The position numbers and the translations under genes were made by a program. DNA of 64,000 nt from a virus. The notes beneath the pieces were generated by a model. That model did no database searches. It saw only the letters and a program-made list of their open reading frames with translations, and was not told where the DNA came from. Shown piece by piece: positions 31,967 through 40,304 of this stretch. Location of the stretch: positions 19,428 through 83,427 of IMG/VR virus record IMGVR_UViG_3300020442_002364. One strand, written 5' to 3'. Position 1 is the first letter of the stretch, and each line of letters begins with the position of its first letter.

Positions 31967-33817
31967 TTAATTATAACTGGACTCTAAAGTAACTCCAGTT
32001 CCAGAAATATTGGAACCGCTGCTGATAACGTCTTCAACAACGTTAACCACAGTATTATCTATGCCAATTGTCAGATAGGTTTCTCTGAGAGAAATCAGGT
32101 CATTTGACTTTGGAACAGCATTGATACGGATTTGGTTTATTTGATATGGAGTGTCTCTAATAATTACATCATTAATTACTACTTCACCTAACATGTAGTC
32201 AACAGAACCCCATAAACCATCGATGAACTCTTTTTCTCCAGTGTCTTTAACATAGAAGAGTTGAAGAGATCCTTTACCATCATCTTGTAGATAATATGTA
32301 TTGACCTGATCACCAGCAATGTTGAATCCTGTTGTGGTTACTGACGGTCTGTCAGTAGAAGAGAAGATAGAGTTTCCATAACATACCTTATAGTTCACTC
32401 TTGCGTTCAATGTAACAGGAACATTCTTTCTCATCAGAATCTTAGTGATGTTTGATGTGAATGAAGGATCGGAATCATCAATGATCTTTTGTAGTTTGGA
32501 ATACTTGAATTTTCCACCAAACTTATTAAATTCAGAACCAGAGTTTAAAATATTAAACGCAGCAATAACAATGTTCTTTAGTTCCGATTGAGTTCTACGA
32601 GTTAAGTTAGGATTGAAGTATACGAAACTTGTAATGTCGATGTAGAGAACAGATGGGTCAATAATTTTTGGTTCTACTGCAGCAACAGAGTATTCTCTAA
32701 GTTTTTTGAGAATATTATTTTTCTCCGCAAGAGAAAGTTTATCTGCATTCTTAGGTTTGATCGCTAAGAATACTTTTCCATACTCAGGGGGATCTGCTTC
32801 TTCACCACCGTAAGCGGAGATAGATTGAATGTTTGGATAGATCTGTGGCAGTAAGACTTCATAGTCTCTAGTTGAGACTGCTCTACCAAAGGAGGAATAG
32901 AATTTAGGAGCAGAGAACTTAATTGACTCCGTAGATTCTTGAACCGCACCTCCATCTGGATTTTGTACCAGAGTTGTGGTAATTCCAGTTGTGATTGTAT
33001 TGCTGTTGTTATCTCTAACTGTACCAATAAAATCAAATGAAGTTAATCCGTTTGCACCTGGACCACTACTGGTAGTGTATGTTACACTAATAACATCTCC
33101 ATCTAGTAGTGCTTTACCTAAAACGTTATCACCAAACAATACTTCTGGTCTTCCATACTCAGACTCTTCTAAGAAGTAAACTTTAGTACCACTATCAATC
33201 TTAGTAATATCTGTCGCCTTGAGGTAAGACTCTGTAACTGTTCCGCTAGTTACCTCAACTTTAAGAGTTGTAGTATCAACAGTCTCATTAGTGAGAATGA
33301 ATCTTTGTCTTTCACTAGTGTCTCTAACAAAAGTATCAGTTAGGAATACACCTTCATACAAGTTGAGATTGCTAAACGTTGCAACTCCAGTTAAACTGTC
33401 TACAGATATACTTTGATCTGAGTCTGTAGAGAATACAAAGTTATCGTTATCTGGTCCAGTAAAGTTTAGTACAATACCTCTTGCAAGAGTTACTGTTCTA
33501 GGGTATGGAAATGTAGTCTGAACTGCAATGTTGACTGGCATCGATGCTGATCGGGCACTCTTAGGAGTGTATCCAATCATTCTTGCAAGTTTTACAACGT
33601 TCTCTCTAAGAACTGCAGTCTCAAGAAAGTTTTCATTTACAATCAAGTTGGCGTTCATCGCCGTATAATACGTATTATACGCAAGAACATCCAAAAGAAC
33701 AGTCAAAGACGATCCTTCAAAGTCATAATCCGAAAACTCAGATTGACCTTTTAGGTAATTTTTGATCTGTAACTTAATCTCGTTATATTCTAACGAGTTT
33801 ACCTGATTAAATGCCAT
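31967..33817 (-). CDS. gp6: Baseplate wedge subunit gp6
   Basis: FSDYDFEGSSLTVLLDVLAYNTYY; RAVSTRDY; AYGGEEADPPEYGKVF. Confidence 0.95.
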   Translation of the reverse strand: MAFNQVNSLEYNEIKLQIKNYLKGQSEFSDYDFEGSSLTVLLDVLAYNTYYTAMNANLIVNENFLETAVLRENVVKLARMIGYTPKSARSASMPVNIAVQTTFPYPRTVTLARGIVLNFTGPDNDNFVFSTDSDQSISVDSLTGVATFSNLNLYEGVFLTDTFVRDTSERQRFILTNETVDTTTLKVEVTSGTVTESYLKATDITKIDSGTKVYFLEESEYGRPEVLFGDNVLGKALLDGDVISVTYTTSSGPGANGLTSFDFIGTVRDNNSNTITTGITTTLVQNPDGGAVQESTESIKFSAPKFYSSFGRAVSTRDYEVLLPQIYPNIQSISAYGGEEADPPEYGKVFLAIKPKNADKLSLAEKNNILKKLREYSVAAVEPKIIDPSVLYIDITSFVYFNPNLTRRTQSELKNIVIAAFNILNSGSEFNKFGGKFKYSKLQKIIDDSDPSFTSNITKILMRKNVPVTLNARVNYKVCYGNSIFSSTDRPSVTTTGFNIAGDQVNTYYLQDDGKGSLQLFYVKDTGEKEFIDGLWGSVDYMLGEVVINDVIIRDTPYQINQIRINAVPKSNDLISLRETYLTIGIDNTVVNVVEDVISSGSNISGTGVTLESSYN

Positions 33818-34206
33818 TATGGTTTAAATACTAAATCTAGATTGTCAATCTTAGGTTGAGAACCTAATATGATATAACTAATTTTTGCTTGCATGTCATT
33901 GCCAGTTTCATCGAAGATAACTGCAACATCATAACAAGTCACTCTAGGTTCGTAAGAGTTGATGGAATCTTGGATGTTACTCTCTAGTTCAGAGGCGAGT
34001 GTATCCGTATAATTCTCAAAAAGTTGTCTAATTATGTTTCCACCAAACTGAGGTAAAAAAGGCTTCTCGAAAAAATTGTACCTAACGATGTTTTTTACTG
34101 ACTCTCTAATCGCTTTCTCATTTTTTAGAGTCAATACATCCTTAGTTACAGGGTTTTTTTCAAATGTTAAACTAAAATCCTTGAAAGATTTTGAAACAAA
34201 CGCCAT
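33817..34206 (-). CDS. gp25: Baseplate wedge subunit gp25
   Basis: FKDFSLTF..NPVTKD...AIRESVKNI...EKPF.P.FG...YEPRV; adjacent to gp6. Confidence 0.92.
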   Translation of the reverse strand: MAFVSKSFKDFSLTFEKNPVTKDVLTLKNEKAIRESVKNIVRYNFFEKPFLPQFGGNIIRQLFENYTDTLASELESNIQDSINSYEPRVTCYDVAVIFDETGNDMQAKISYIILGSQPKIDNLDLVFKP

Positions 34207-34227
34207 TTTTACAGTTCGACCATGATT

Positions 34228-34234
34228 TATTTAT
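34228..34234 (-). promoter_or_regulatory. Late promoter (ATAAATA) for the gp25-gp6-gp7 operon
   Basis: ATAAATA 21 nt upstream of the gp25 ATG. Confidence 0.65.
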
Positions 34235-34248
34235 CAGGGTTTCAAAAA

Positions 34249-34419
34249 TTAATCGCGCAAACGCTCAACATAGTCGTCAAATCCGTTTTTAACGTCTTTT
34301 GAAGGCGCATTTTTCACTTTTTTTGCTCTATTAAGGTATTTGTCGGACCTTGGGTCAGTAATTAGAGTCATTCCAGACTCCATAAAGTCCTTTCCTAAGT
34401 CTGTTCGATGATTGCCCAT
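34249..34419 (-). CDS. Small hypothetical protein (56 aa, MGNHRTDLGKDFMESGMTLITDPRSDKYL...)
   Basis: Translated by hand; strong AGGAGG RBS; below the ORF-track size cutoff. Confidence 0.75.
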   Translation of the reverse strand: MGNHRTDLGKDFMESGMTLITDPRSDKYLNRAKKVKNAPSKDVKNGFDDYVERLRD

Positions 34420-34424
34420 TAAAA

Positions 34425-34465
34425 AAACCTCCTAAAAGTCCATTTTAGAACTTTTAAAGAGGTTT
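34425..34465 (-). promoter_or_regulatory. Long RNA hairpin containing the Shine-Dalgarno of the 56-aa gene, followed by a U-tract
   Basis: mRNA AAACCUCUUUAAAAGUUC-UAAAAU-GGACUUUUAGGAGGUUU gives ~17 bp including G-U pairs. Confidence 0.7.
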
Positions 34466-34480
34466 CCATCTCTCATTTAT

Positions 34481-34627
34481 TTATTTACCTTGACCGCGAT
34501 ACGCTTTTTTCGCCTTATTACGCGAAGTGGCGGCGTATTTTGTGTTTTTAGACGATCCCTGACGAGTCAATTTGGGTTTTGCAGGTACATAACCATCTTT
34601 TACGAGACCAGTTTTCGCTTTTGCCAT
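34481..34627 (-). CDS. Small very basic protein (48 aa, MAKAKTGLVKDGYVPAKPKLTRQG...KAYRGQGK)
   Basis: Translated by hand; K/R-rich; has its own sigma70-like promoter. Confidence 0.75.
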   Translation of the reverse strand: MAKAKTGLVKDGYVPAKPKLTRQGSSKNTKYAATSRNKAKKAYRGQGK

Positions 34628-34651
34628 TGAAATTTAGCGGTTTACCCGTAA

Positions 34652-34680
34652 ATCCTAGTAGTACCAAGCGTTTTTGTCAA
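34652..34680 (-). promoter_or_regulatory. sigma70-like promoter TTGACA-N17-TAGGAT
   Basis: -35 at 34675-34680, -10 at 34652-34657. Confidence 0.6.
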
Positions 34681-34681
34681 G

Positions 34682-34996
34682 TCATCCGCCGATGTAAACC
34701 TTTTTTGCGCCTGCTGATAGACCATTGTTGCCCACTGAGTCACCACAATTGACATTAGAACCCAATCTTCCGCATTTTATATTGTTTACATAGACAGAAT
34801 TGCTGCCATCGGAGATACCTCGTGCTCCTCCTGCGTGTGTTGTCTGTCCACAAGTGTGTGCAGCGTACTGATCACCTACTCTACCGACTTGCATATTGCC
34901 TGCATAGACGTTTGGAGACCCTTGTGTGAGGTTTGTTGGGGGAAAACACCCATGTCCAGTGGATAAACCACCTTTAACTGCTGGAGTTGTTGCCAT
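34682..34996 (-). CDS. PAAR-repeat spike tip protein (gp5.4-like)
   Basis: STGHGCFPPT, GSPNVY, RVGDQYAAHTC, GRLGSNVNCGD metal-binding His/Cys pattern. Confidence 0.9.
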   Translation of the reverse strand: MATTPAVKGGLSTGHGCFPPTNLTQGSPNVYAGNMQVGRVGDQYAAHTCGQTTHAGGARGISDGSNSVYVNNIKCGRLGSNVNCGDSVGNNGLSAGAKKVYIGG

Positions 34997-35640
34997 TATG
35001 TTCCGTATCTAATTTTGTTAGCGAGGATATCTTGCAATTTATCGCGTCCAAGATCCCAATTATTAAGAATCGTATGATTTGTGGATATTGTTTGAGTGAA
35101 AGGGACACCCAGACACAGTAGATTCAACGTATATGTATATGTTACAACTATAGATGCCCTAGTATCTGGTTTATATCTTATCAAAGTGTCACATGGGTTT
35201 GGAATCTCCAACTCATACTGACCACCACTACCATCTGGGTCAGCTACGTTGTTCTTATTAATGTTGTATATACGCCCTGCAGGATCGCTTATACTGCTCT
35301 GTAACTCAATGACGGGGGTATGACTAGGATTACCTGTTGTATCGTCCCTGTACTCCCATTCACGCTGATCAAAGTAAGTCTCATTGAACACTCCACTGAT
35401 ACTCAATGTAAGACTTGTACTAGGAGTTGCACTAGGAGTATACGTTAAGTTACCAATAGGCAGACCTGGATCCAGTCCAGGTTGAAAATTAGTAATTAAC
35501 GTTGGAGTTACCGAGGTTAGTGTTACGTTTACAAGGGTTTCAAGATTAACACCATTACACGGTTCCATCACAAGTAGGATAGAATCGCTAAATGGTACAC
35601 CTATGGTAGCATCGTTAAATGGTCTGGATAAACTTGCCAT
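34996..35640 (-). CDS. Hypothetical, probably structural, protein (214 aa)
   Basis: ORF track; translationally coupled to the PAAR gene. Confidence 0.65.
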   Translation of the reverse strand: MASLSRPFNDATIGVPFSDSILLVMEPCNGVNLETLVNVTLTSVTPTLITNFQPGLDPGLPIGNLTYTPSATPSTSLTLSISGVFNETYFDQREWEYRDDTTGNPSHTPVIELQSSISDPAGRIYNINKNNVADPDGSGGQYELEIPNPCDTLIRYKPDTRASIVVTYTYTLNLLCLGVPFTQTISTNHTILNNWDLGRDKLQDILANKIRYGT

Positions 35641-35674
35641 AACTTAGAGACAACGCGGGGGTTACGCGATTTTT

Positions 35675-35890
35675 TTACCCTCCAAGAGTATTTAATCGAT
35701 CTTCATGGTCACAAACAATATCTACCAGTTTTTCATATTCATTTGAACCAGGACGCCTCATCATCATCTTAGATTCGTTCACACGTTTCTCTAAGGCATT
35801 CACACGCGCCCATAGAAGCTCTAACTCAGCATCATATCTGAGTCTTGCATTGTTTTCAGACGGAATACTCATACTTTTCTTTTCCAACAA
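35675..35890 (-). CDS. Hypothetical protein (~60-71 aa)
   Basis: ORF track; coiled-coil-like; start uncertain. Confidence 0.6.
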   Translation of the reverse strand: MLEKKSMSIPSENNARLRYDAELELLWARVNALEKRVNESKMMMRRPGSNEYEKLVDIVCDHEDRLNTLGG

Positions 35891-36065
35891 ATTGCTCCTC
35901 TAAGTTGTAGTTCATAATCCAGTTCTCAGTTACCACATAGTAACCACTGATGTTTTCGCCATCACACTGGAAACCATAGGTCCTCACTTTCTCACACACT
36001 CCGTCAATGCAGAACTTCTTGTCACTGTGAAGGTATGAGTGATACCTTTCGTCCAGATTAATCAT
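35856..36065 (-). CDS. Conserved cyanophage hypothetical protein (69 aa)
   Basis: MINLDERYHSYL...IDG; TATAAT at 36088-36093 upstream. Confidence 0.7.
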   Translation of the reverse strand: MINLDERYHSYLHSDKKFCIDGVCEKVRTYGFQCDGENISGYYVVTENWIMNYNLEEQFVGKEKYEYSV

Positions 36066-36100
36066 GGCAGTTTTGTCTCTTAATATAATTATAGCAGAAA

Positions 36101-36799
36101 TCAGCAGAAAGAGTGAAAGTTCAATCTAAAGGTATCAGAATACATACCTTTCTTAAAATATGCTGAATGGAACAATGCTCCCTCATAGATGTGCAGTCTG
36201 TTGAACTTACGTGGAAGGAAGTGATACATTTCATATCGCTCGTCCCCATCAAATCCCTCAAACTCAACTAGTTGTCTATACAGATGCTCATTCTCAGGAA
36301 GAATGTCAGCATACCTCTCTTTCCTGTAGATACTAGGATTTCTGAATACTGCTTCTTCTCCAGTATCCCTTACACGGTAGAATGCAGTACCATCTTTGTC
36401 AGTGATCTCCTCATCATGATTCAGACAATAGTTAAATGCCATATGCATCGTGTCTGAATGAGGATAAAGAGATCTCTTCAAACATTTTGTCTTGCTGTTA
36501 ATTACAGAAACGTTCCAAGAGAACTGTGCATCATAAATGCCATAGTGCTCCTCTAGAACAAGTCTCTGATATCTTGTGATAGAATCAAATGTATATTCTA
36601 ACCACTGCTGCCACCCTGGGTAGAAACTACGTGATCTCTCTAGTGGATGACCAGAGCACCAGTCTCTCATCTCCTCAGGATATCTGAAAACATTGTCAAT
36701 GGTAATTACTCTGCTCTTCCATTGACCAATCTCAACTACATTCACATCCGCCTCTTTGTTAATCTCAAAGAGAGCAGTGTTAGCAAATTTCAAATGCAT
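36101..36799 (-). CDS. 2OG-Fe(II) oxygenase-like protein (DUF6445-type)
   Basis: IDNVFRYPE; YPG; PHSD (HxD); GTAFY; FNRLHIYEGALFHS; R near the C-terminus. Confidence 0.8.
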   Translation of the reverse strand: MHLKFANTALFEINKEADVNVVEIGQWKSRVITIDNVFRYPEEMRDWCSGHPLERSRSFYPGWQQWLEYTFDSITRYQRLVLEEHYGIYDAQFSWNVSVINSKTKCLKRSLYPHSDTMHMAFNYCLNHDEEITDKDGTAFYRVRDTGEEAVFRNPSIYRKERYADILPENEHLYRQLVEFEGFDGDERYEMYHFLPRKFNRLHIYEGALFHSAYFKKGMYSDTFRLNFHSFC

Positions 36800-37251
36800 A
36801 CTGTACCTACGAGTCCCTCGGGTAATCCTGTAATATTAATTATACCATCTTTTACTTCTTTGTCCAAGTTACCTCCGATGGTTAACTTGTCACGTTTTAT
36901 TTTTGCTTCCTTTGCAGTCCACAACTCATAGAACTTTTGTTTGTCAGATGTGATCTCTGAGATACTAAAAAATCTACGAGAAATATTTTCAAAGGGGCGG
37001 TCTCTCATAACCTCGATGTCTATGCCGATGGGCATGGATGCTACCGCAACTGCAACGAAGTCGCCGCTGTCGGATTTGTTCCAATGTACAGTGGCAGGTT
37101 TTTTGCAACTCAATTTACCCTCCAAGAAATCTGCGATGCAAGCTCGGATGATCTTGGAATGACTGATCTGGGGCGACTCGAAAAGGTATACAAGAAATTT
37201 TTCACCCAAAAAAATTTCTGAAATAGGGATCCTAAGTTTTTCAACGAACAT
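36790..37251 (-). CDS. 4'-phosphopantetheinyl transferase (compact Sfp-like)
   Basis: HWNKSDSGDFVAVAV (FNxSHS-equivalent), IGIDIE, RRFF, FYELWTAKEAKIK are the canonical PPTase motifs. Confidence 0.88.
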   Translation of the reverse strand: MFVEKLRIPISEIFLGEKFLVYLFESPQISHSKIIRACIADFLEGKLSCKKPATVHWNKSDSGDFVAVAVASMPIGIDIEVMRDRPFENISRRFFSISEITSDKQKFYELWTAKEAKIKRDKLTIGGNLDKEVKDGIINITGLPEGLVGTVCI

Positions 37252-37310
37252 GATAGTACGGACGCGAATGCAAGACTTTATAGATTAGCTCTTTAGGTAC
37301 CATATTAACA

Positions 37311-37353
37311 CGGGCTACGCCCCAACGCAACGGGGGCGGGGGCGACTGCCCCT
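37311..37353. terminator. GC-rich multi-hairpin element at the end of the early region
   Basis: CGCCCC-N9-GGGGCG and GGGGC-GACT-GCCCC inverted repeats just after the stop at 37352; no clear U-tract. Confidence 0.45.
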
Positions 37354-37582
37354 AGTCCTCCCAGAAGGTGGGCAGTGCCTCTACTGCCTCGTCGTGGTAG
37401 AGTTCGGCATTCTGCCCAGCGATGGCAAAGGAGGGCGATCCGATCGGATGCTCAGCGCTACCGTTATTCAGACACCACACGGTGCGGCGTGTCTTCAGAT
37501 CGGTGCTCATGCTGTAGACGGTGTAAGGGCGGATGTTCATGGATTCAGGCGTAGCGGTTAGCAATGGCGTTGGTGTTTGCAT
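37352..37582 (-). CDS. Early hypothetical protein
   Basis: ORF track; downstream member of an early operon. Confidence 0.6.
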   Translation of the reverse strand: MQTPTPLLTATPESMNIRPYTVYSMSTDLKTRRTVWCLNNGSAEHPIGSPSFAIAGQNAELYHDEAVEALPTFWED

Positions 37583-37763
37583 CAGAGCGACACCAGCGGT
37601 AAGGGTTGCCCTTGGGGTTGTTGGGCACTGCCCAGATCATGCACTCTTCACCCCATGCCTTAGCGATGCGGTAGGCGTGGTTGATGTCGGTTGCCCAGTC
37701 GCACCCGTGAGGGTCAAAGTTGGACCATGTGGAGGGTTGGACGGCGAAGGTGTGGGTGAGCAT
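37545..37763 (-). CDS. Early hypothetical protein (72 aa)
   Basis: ORF directly downstream of a palindrome-box promoter (-10 at 37786-37791). Confidence 0.7.
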   Translation of the reverse strand: MLTHTFAVQPSTWSNFDPHGCDWATDINHAYRIAKAWGEECMIWAVPNNPKGNPYRWCRSDANTNAIANRYA

Positions 37764-37799
37764 GTCTCTCTGTGTTGTTGAACTAATTATAGCGGATGC

Positions 37800-38075
37800 T
37801 CAGCGGCACCAGCGGTCGCCGTAGACAGTTCCCCAACCGTCACGCTGAGCACGGCGGCGGTCGTAGTCTTCCGCTGTGAAGTGATCATCAAAATCACCCT
37901 CATCGGTGACGCCCCGCACCATGTCCCCAAAGGTCACGGTTTCGTATTCAGCGGCACGGCGGCAGGTTGCCCGCTCCTGCCTCTCCTGCTCTAGGACCTG
38001 TAGAGCAATGCGGGAGAGTTCAGGAGAGGTGGCGTAGATGCCGTTGGAATCGAATTTCATGGGTTGTTTGTTCAT
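37800..38075 (-). CDS. Early hypothetical protein
   Basis: ORF track; downstream of a boxed promoter (-10 at 38082-38087). Confidence 0.65.
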   Translation of the reverse strand: MNKQPMKFDSNGIYATSPELSRIALQVLEQERQERATCRRAAEYETVTFGDMVRGVTDEGDFDDHFTAEDYDRRRAQRDGWGTVYGDRWCR

Positions 38076-38089
38076 GCTCTTATTATAGG

Positions 38090-38407
38090 TCAGTTGAACA
38101 CGTAACCTGACTCGAAGGGGACAGTTTGGTTATTGTCCATGATGTACCAAGCGAAGTCTTTTTGAAATACGCCGTCGGTCATGCCGTTGCAGAACTCATT
38201 GATCAAAGCGTTCAAACGGGACTTGGTGGTGTTAGACTGCCAACCGCCGTCAAAGATACGCATCCAGTTGTCTGTCACTTCTGCGATCTTGTTGCCGTGG
38301 AGATGGACGGTTGACACGTCGCCGCATGTGGTAACGGTGGTGTTGCCTGATGACCAGTTCTTGCCTGCGTTGATAGCGGCGTTCATTTGGGATTCGATCT
38401 TACGCAT
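38090..38407 (-). CDS. Conserved phage early protein (MRKIESQMNAAI...)
   Basis: LHGNKIA..., GGWQSNTTKSRLNAL, VFQKDFAWY; boxed promoter upstream. Confidence 0.75.
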   Translation of the reverse strand: MRKIESQMNAAINAGKNWSSGNTTVTTCGDVSTVHLHGNKIAEVTDNWMRIFDGGWQSNTTKSRLNALINEFCNGMTDGVFQKDFAWYIMDNNQTVPFESGYVFN

Positions 38408-38447
38408 GATGTAGAGGGGTGATTGGTTGATGTCTTAATTATAGCGG

Positions 38448-38675
38448 TCAGAGGGTGGGGCGGCGACATCCAGTGTGCCAGTTTACCCACTGTCCTAATG
38501 ACCTGTCACCAGACAGCAGAAGCGCTACGATGTCACGCTTGCGGGTCTTGTAGGTATACTCGACAAGGGGACCTTTGAACCAGCGAACTTTAAACGTGCC
38601 AGTGAGCGGGTTAACCTTGAGAGTCCAGACCGATTGAGAGACCGAGGGCGAGCAGGTGTTGATGCTGATCATGTG
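38448..38675 (-). CDS. Early hypothetical protein
   Basis: ORF track 38448..38714; the internal start MISINTCS is more plausible (start approximate). Confidence 0.55.
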   Translation of the reverse strand, partial: HMISINTCSPSVSQSVWTLKVNPLTGTFKVRWFKGPLVEYTYKTRKRDIVALLLSGDRSLGQWVNWHTGCRRPTL

Positions 38676-38789
38676 GTGATGTCGTTGCTGATATTGTACC
38701 ATGAGAGGGGTCACCCCTCAAGGATCATCAGGAGGATGAGAAAAAGGGCGGCAATGCCCTTTAAGATTTTCTTAGTGATGAGAAGGTGC

Positions 38790-38981
38790 TCAGAAAGGGT
38801 TGGTCCAGTTGTTATACTGGTGGTCGCTGATCTCGCGGCACTTGCAAAGCATATCTGTGAAGTTGTTCCACTCTTCACGCTTGGCGATCACGTCACCACG
38901 GAGGGCAGGATTCTGCATTGTAGCGACTTTCCAGTTGTAACGGAATTGCTCAAGAACTTGTGCTTTGGTGTAATGGCGCAT
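38790..38981 (-). CDS. Early hypothetical protein (63 aa)
   Basis: D..AKREEWNNFTDMLCK..IS..QY.NW.NPF motif; boxed promoter upstream. Confidence 0.7.
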   Translation of the reverse strand: MRHYTKAQVLEQFRYNWKVATMQNPALRGDVIAKREEWNNFTDMLCKCREISDHQYNNWTNPF

Positions 38982-39058
38982 GTGGTTTGTGTAACTGTTT
39001 ATATTATAGGCACAGGGTCAACGGGAATGCGACCAAGGTTGTGCCACTATGTCAACTG

Positions 39059-39217
39059 TCATAAGCAGGCGTCTTCAAAACGTTCCCGTGCGATCCACTC
39101 GCAGTGTTCACGTAAAGCGTCTTCTGACATGATGGACGCCATGCCTGATTTTTGCATGTTTGCCATCTCCTCTTCAAAGAAAGATAACAGCATGTCTTCA
39201 TGATGTAATGAACTCAT
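39059..39217 (-). CDS. Early hypothetical protein (52 aa, MSSLHHEDMLLSFFEEE...)
   Basis: Translated by hand; TAAATG coupling to the upstream ORF. Confidence 0.6.
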   Translation of the reverse strand: MSSLHHEDMLLSFFEEEMANMQKSGMASIMSEDALREHCEWIARERFEDACL

Positions 39218-39370
39218 TTAGTCGTAGGGAAAGAATGATGAACAGGTTGAAGATGTGGTGTAGGGGATCTCATAATCCTCGCTAAACATCTCGTAGTAGA
39301 ATTGACTGAAGATGGCGAAATCGTCTGGGGTTTCGCCATTCCAGATCTTAAGGATTTCAGTGTAGTTCAT
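39218..39370 (-). CDS. Early hypothetical protein (50 aa, MNYTEILKIWNGETPDDF...)
   Basis: Translated by hand; ATGA overlap with the upstream ORF. Confidence 0.6.
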   Translation of the reverse strand: MNYTEILKIWNGETPDDFAIFSQFYYEMFSEDYEIPYTTSSTCSSFFPYD

Positions 39371-39555
39371 TGGTCTGCAAACATTGCTTCGTGAGCATCA
39401 AGAACGAAATCTATGATCTCGTCTGTAGCACTGCAACTGAATCTGTCACAGAACCAATCAAGGGACATCTCGGCGGACCATTGCGTTTCGAGCATGAATG
39501 CCTGCAGTTCGAGGAGGTTTTCGTCGTTGATGACGTGGTTGATGTTTTGTCTCAT
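39367..39555 (-). CDS. Early hypothetical protein (62 aa)
   Basis: ORF track; boxed promoter with -10 at 39562-39567. Confidence 0.65.
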   Translation of the reverse strand: MRQNINHVINDENLLELQAFMLETQWSAEMSLDWFCDRFSCSATDEIIDFVLDAHEAMFADQ

Positions 39556-39577
39556 GTGCTTATTATAGGGTATGGGG

Positions 39578-39826
39578 TCAGCAGTTCAACCCAGGTTGTG
39601 CCACTACTGCAACTGGACCATAGATGTGGTTCATCAGATCCCTGACGCGCTCACGGTCTACGCTGTCACCGTCGCCCCAATCCCAATGATCCATTGCATC
39701 ATTGCATCTGTCAAGATAAAGTAGAAGTGCATAAGAAATTTGCTCCTTAGTTCTGTTTTGTGAGTACATGCCACCTGTCCCATAATAATCGAACACGTAG
39801 TTGATGAATTCTTTAAAGTCTTTCAT
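39578..39826 (-). CDS. Early hypothetical protein (82 aa)
   Basis: FINYVFDYYG..G.Y, GDSVDRERVRD motif; AGGAGG RBS. Confidence 0.7.
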   Translation of the reverse strand: MKDFKEFINYVFDYYGTGGMYSQNRTKEQISYALLLYLDRCNDAMDHWDWGDGDSVDRERVRDLMNHIYGPVAVVAQPGLNC

Positions 39827-39984
39827 TTAATCCTCCTGTTGAATTCTTTGGATTCCTGTGGTGTCATGCCACAGAAGTAGTTTAATAGATTACCCTCGTA
39901 ATCGTCCCAAGGTAGATCATCTAAATCAGATCCAATCTTGATGGTGTCCTTTGCACAATGCGCTTTGTATTCTTGTGGTGTCAT
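39823..39984 (-). CDS. Early hypothetical protein (53 aa, MTPQEYKAHCAKD...)
   Basis: Translated by hand; fills the gap and overlaps the next gene by ATGA. Confidence 0.55.
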   Translation of the reverse strand: MTPQEYKAHCAKDTIKIGSDLDDLPWDDYEGNLLNYFCGMTPQESKEFNRRIK

Positions 39985-39993
39985 TGTTAATAC

Positions 39994-40179
39994 CTACGCG
40001 AAAAGTGGACGCATGTAGTTCTTAAATTCTTCGCATCTATGAGCGGCGAGAATTTGCATTTCTTTTTCAGTGATCACGATATCATATCCGTCTGCTTTCA
40101 TCTCGTCGTAACATGCTTTAGTGATACCTTTGTCTGTGATATCGTATTCATGAAGTGCAACGTGTTTGAAAAATGACAT
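39994..40179 (-). CDS. Early hypothetical protein (61 aa)
   Basis: ORF track; promoter TTGCAT-N17-TATATT (40204-40232) plus box. Confidence 0.7.
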   Translation of the reverse strand: MSFFKHVALHEYDITDKGITKACYDEMKADGYDIVITEKEMQILAAHRCEEFKNYMRPLFA

Positions 40180-40277
40180 AGATTAAATGTGATGTACATT
40201 ATTAATATAGAGGGTAGGTAACACGAATGCAAGCAATAGTGGACAGTTTATATAACTGGCACAGGCGGCTGACCCGA

Positions 40278-40304
40278 TTCTCAATAAGACATCACTATTG
40301 AGAA
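40278..40304. repeat. Perfect inverted repeat TTCTCAATA-N9-TATTGAGAA
   Basis: Read directly; lies between two palindromic promoter boxes. Confidence 0.85.

Noticed and set aside
35652-35677. CGCG hairpin plus T-run as a terminator
   Set aside because: The stem is only 4-6 bp and the T-run is on the non-coding strand; too weak to call.
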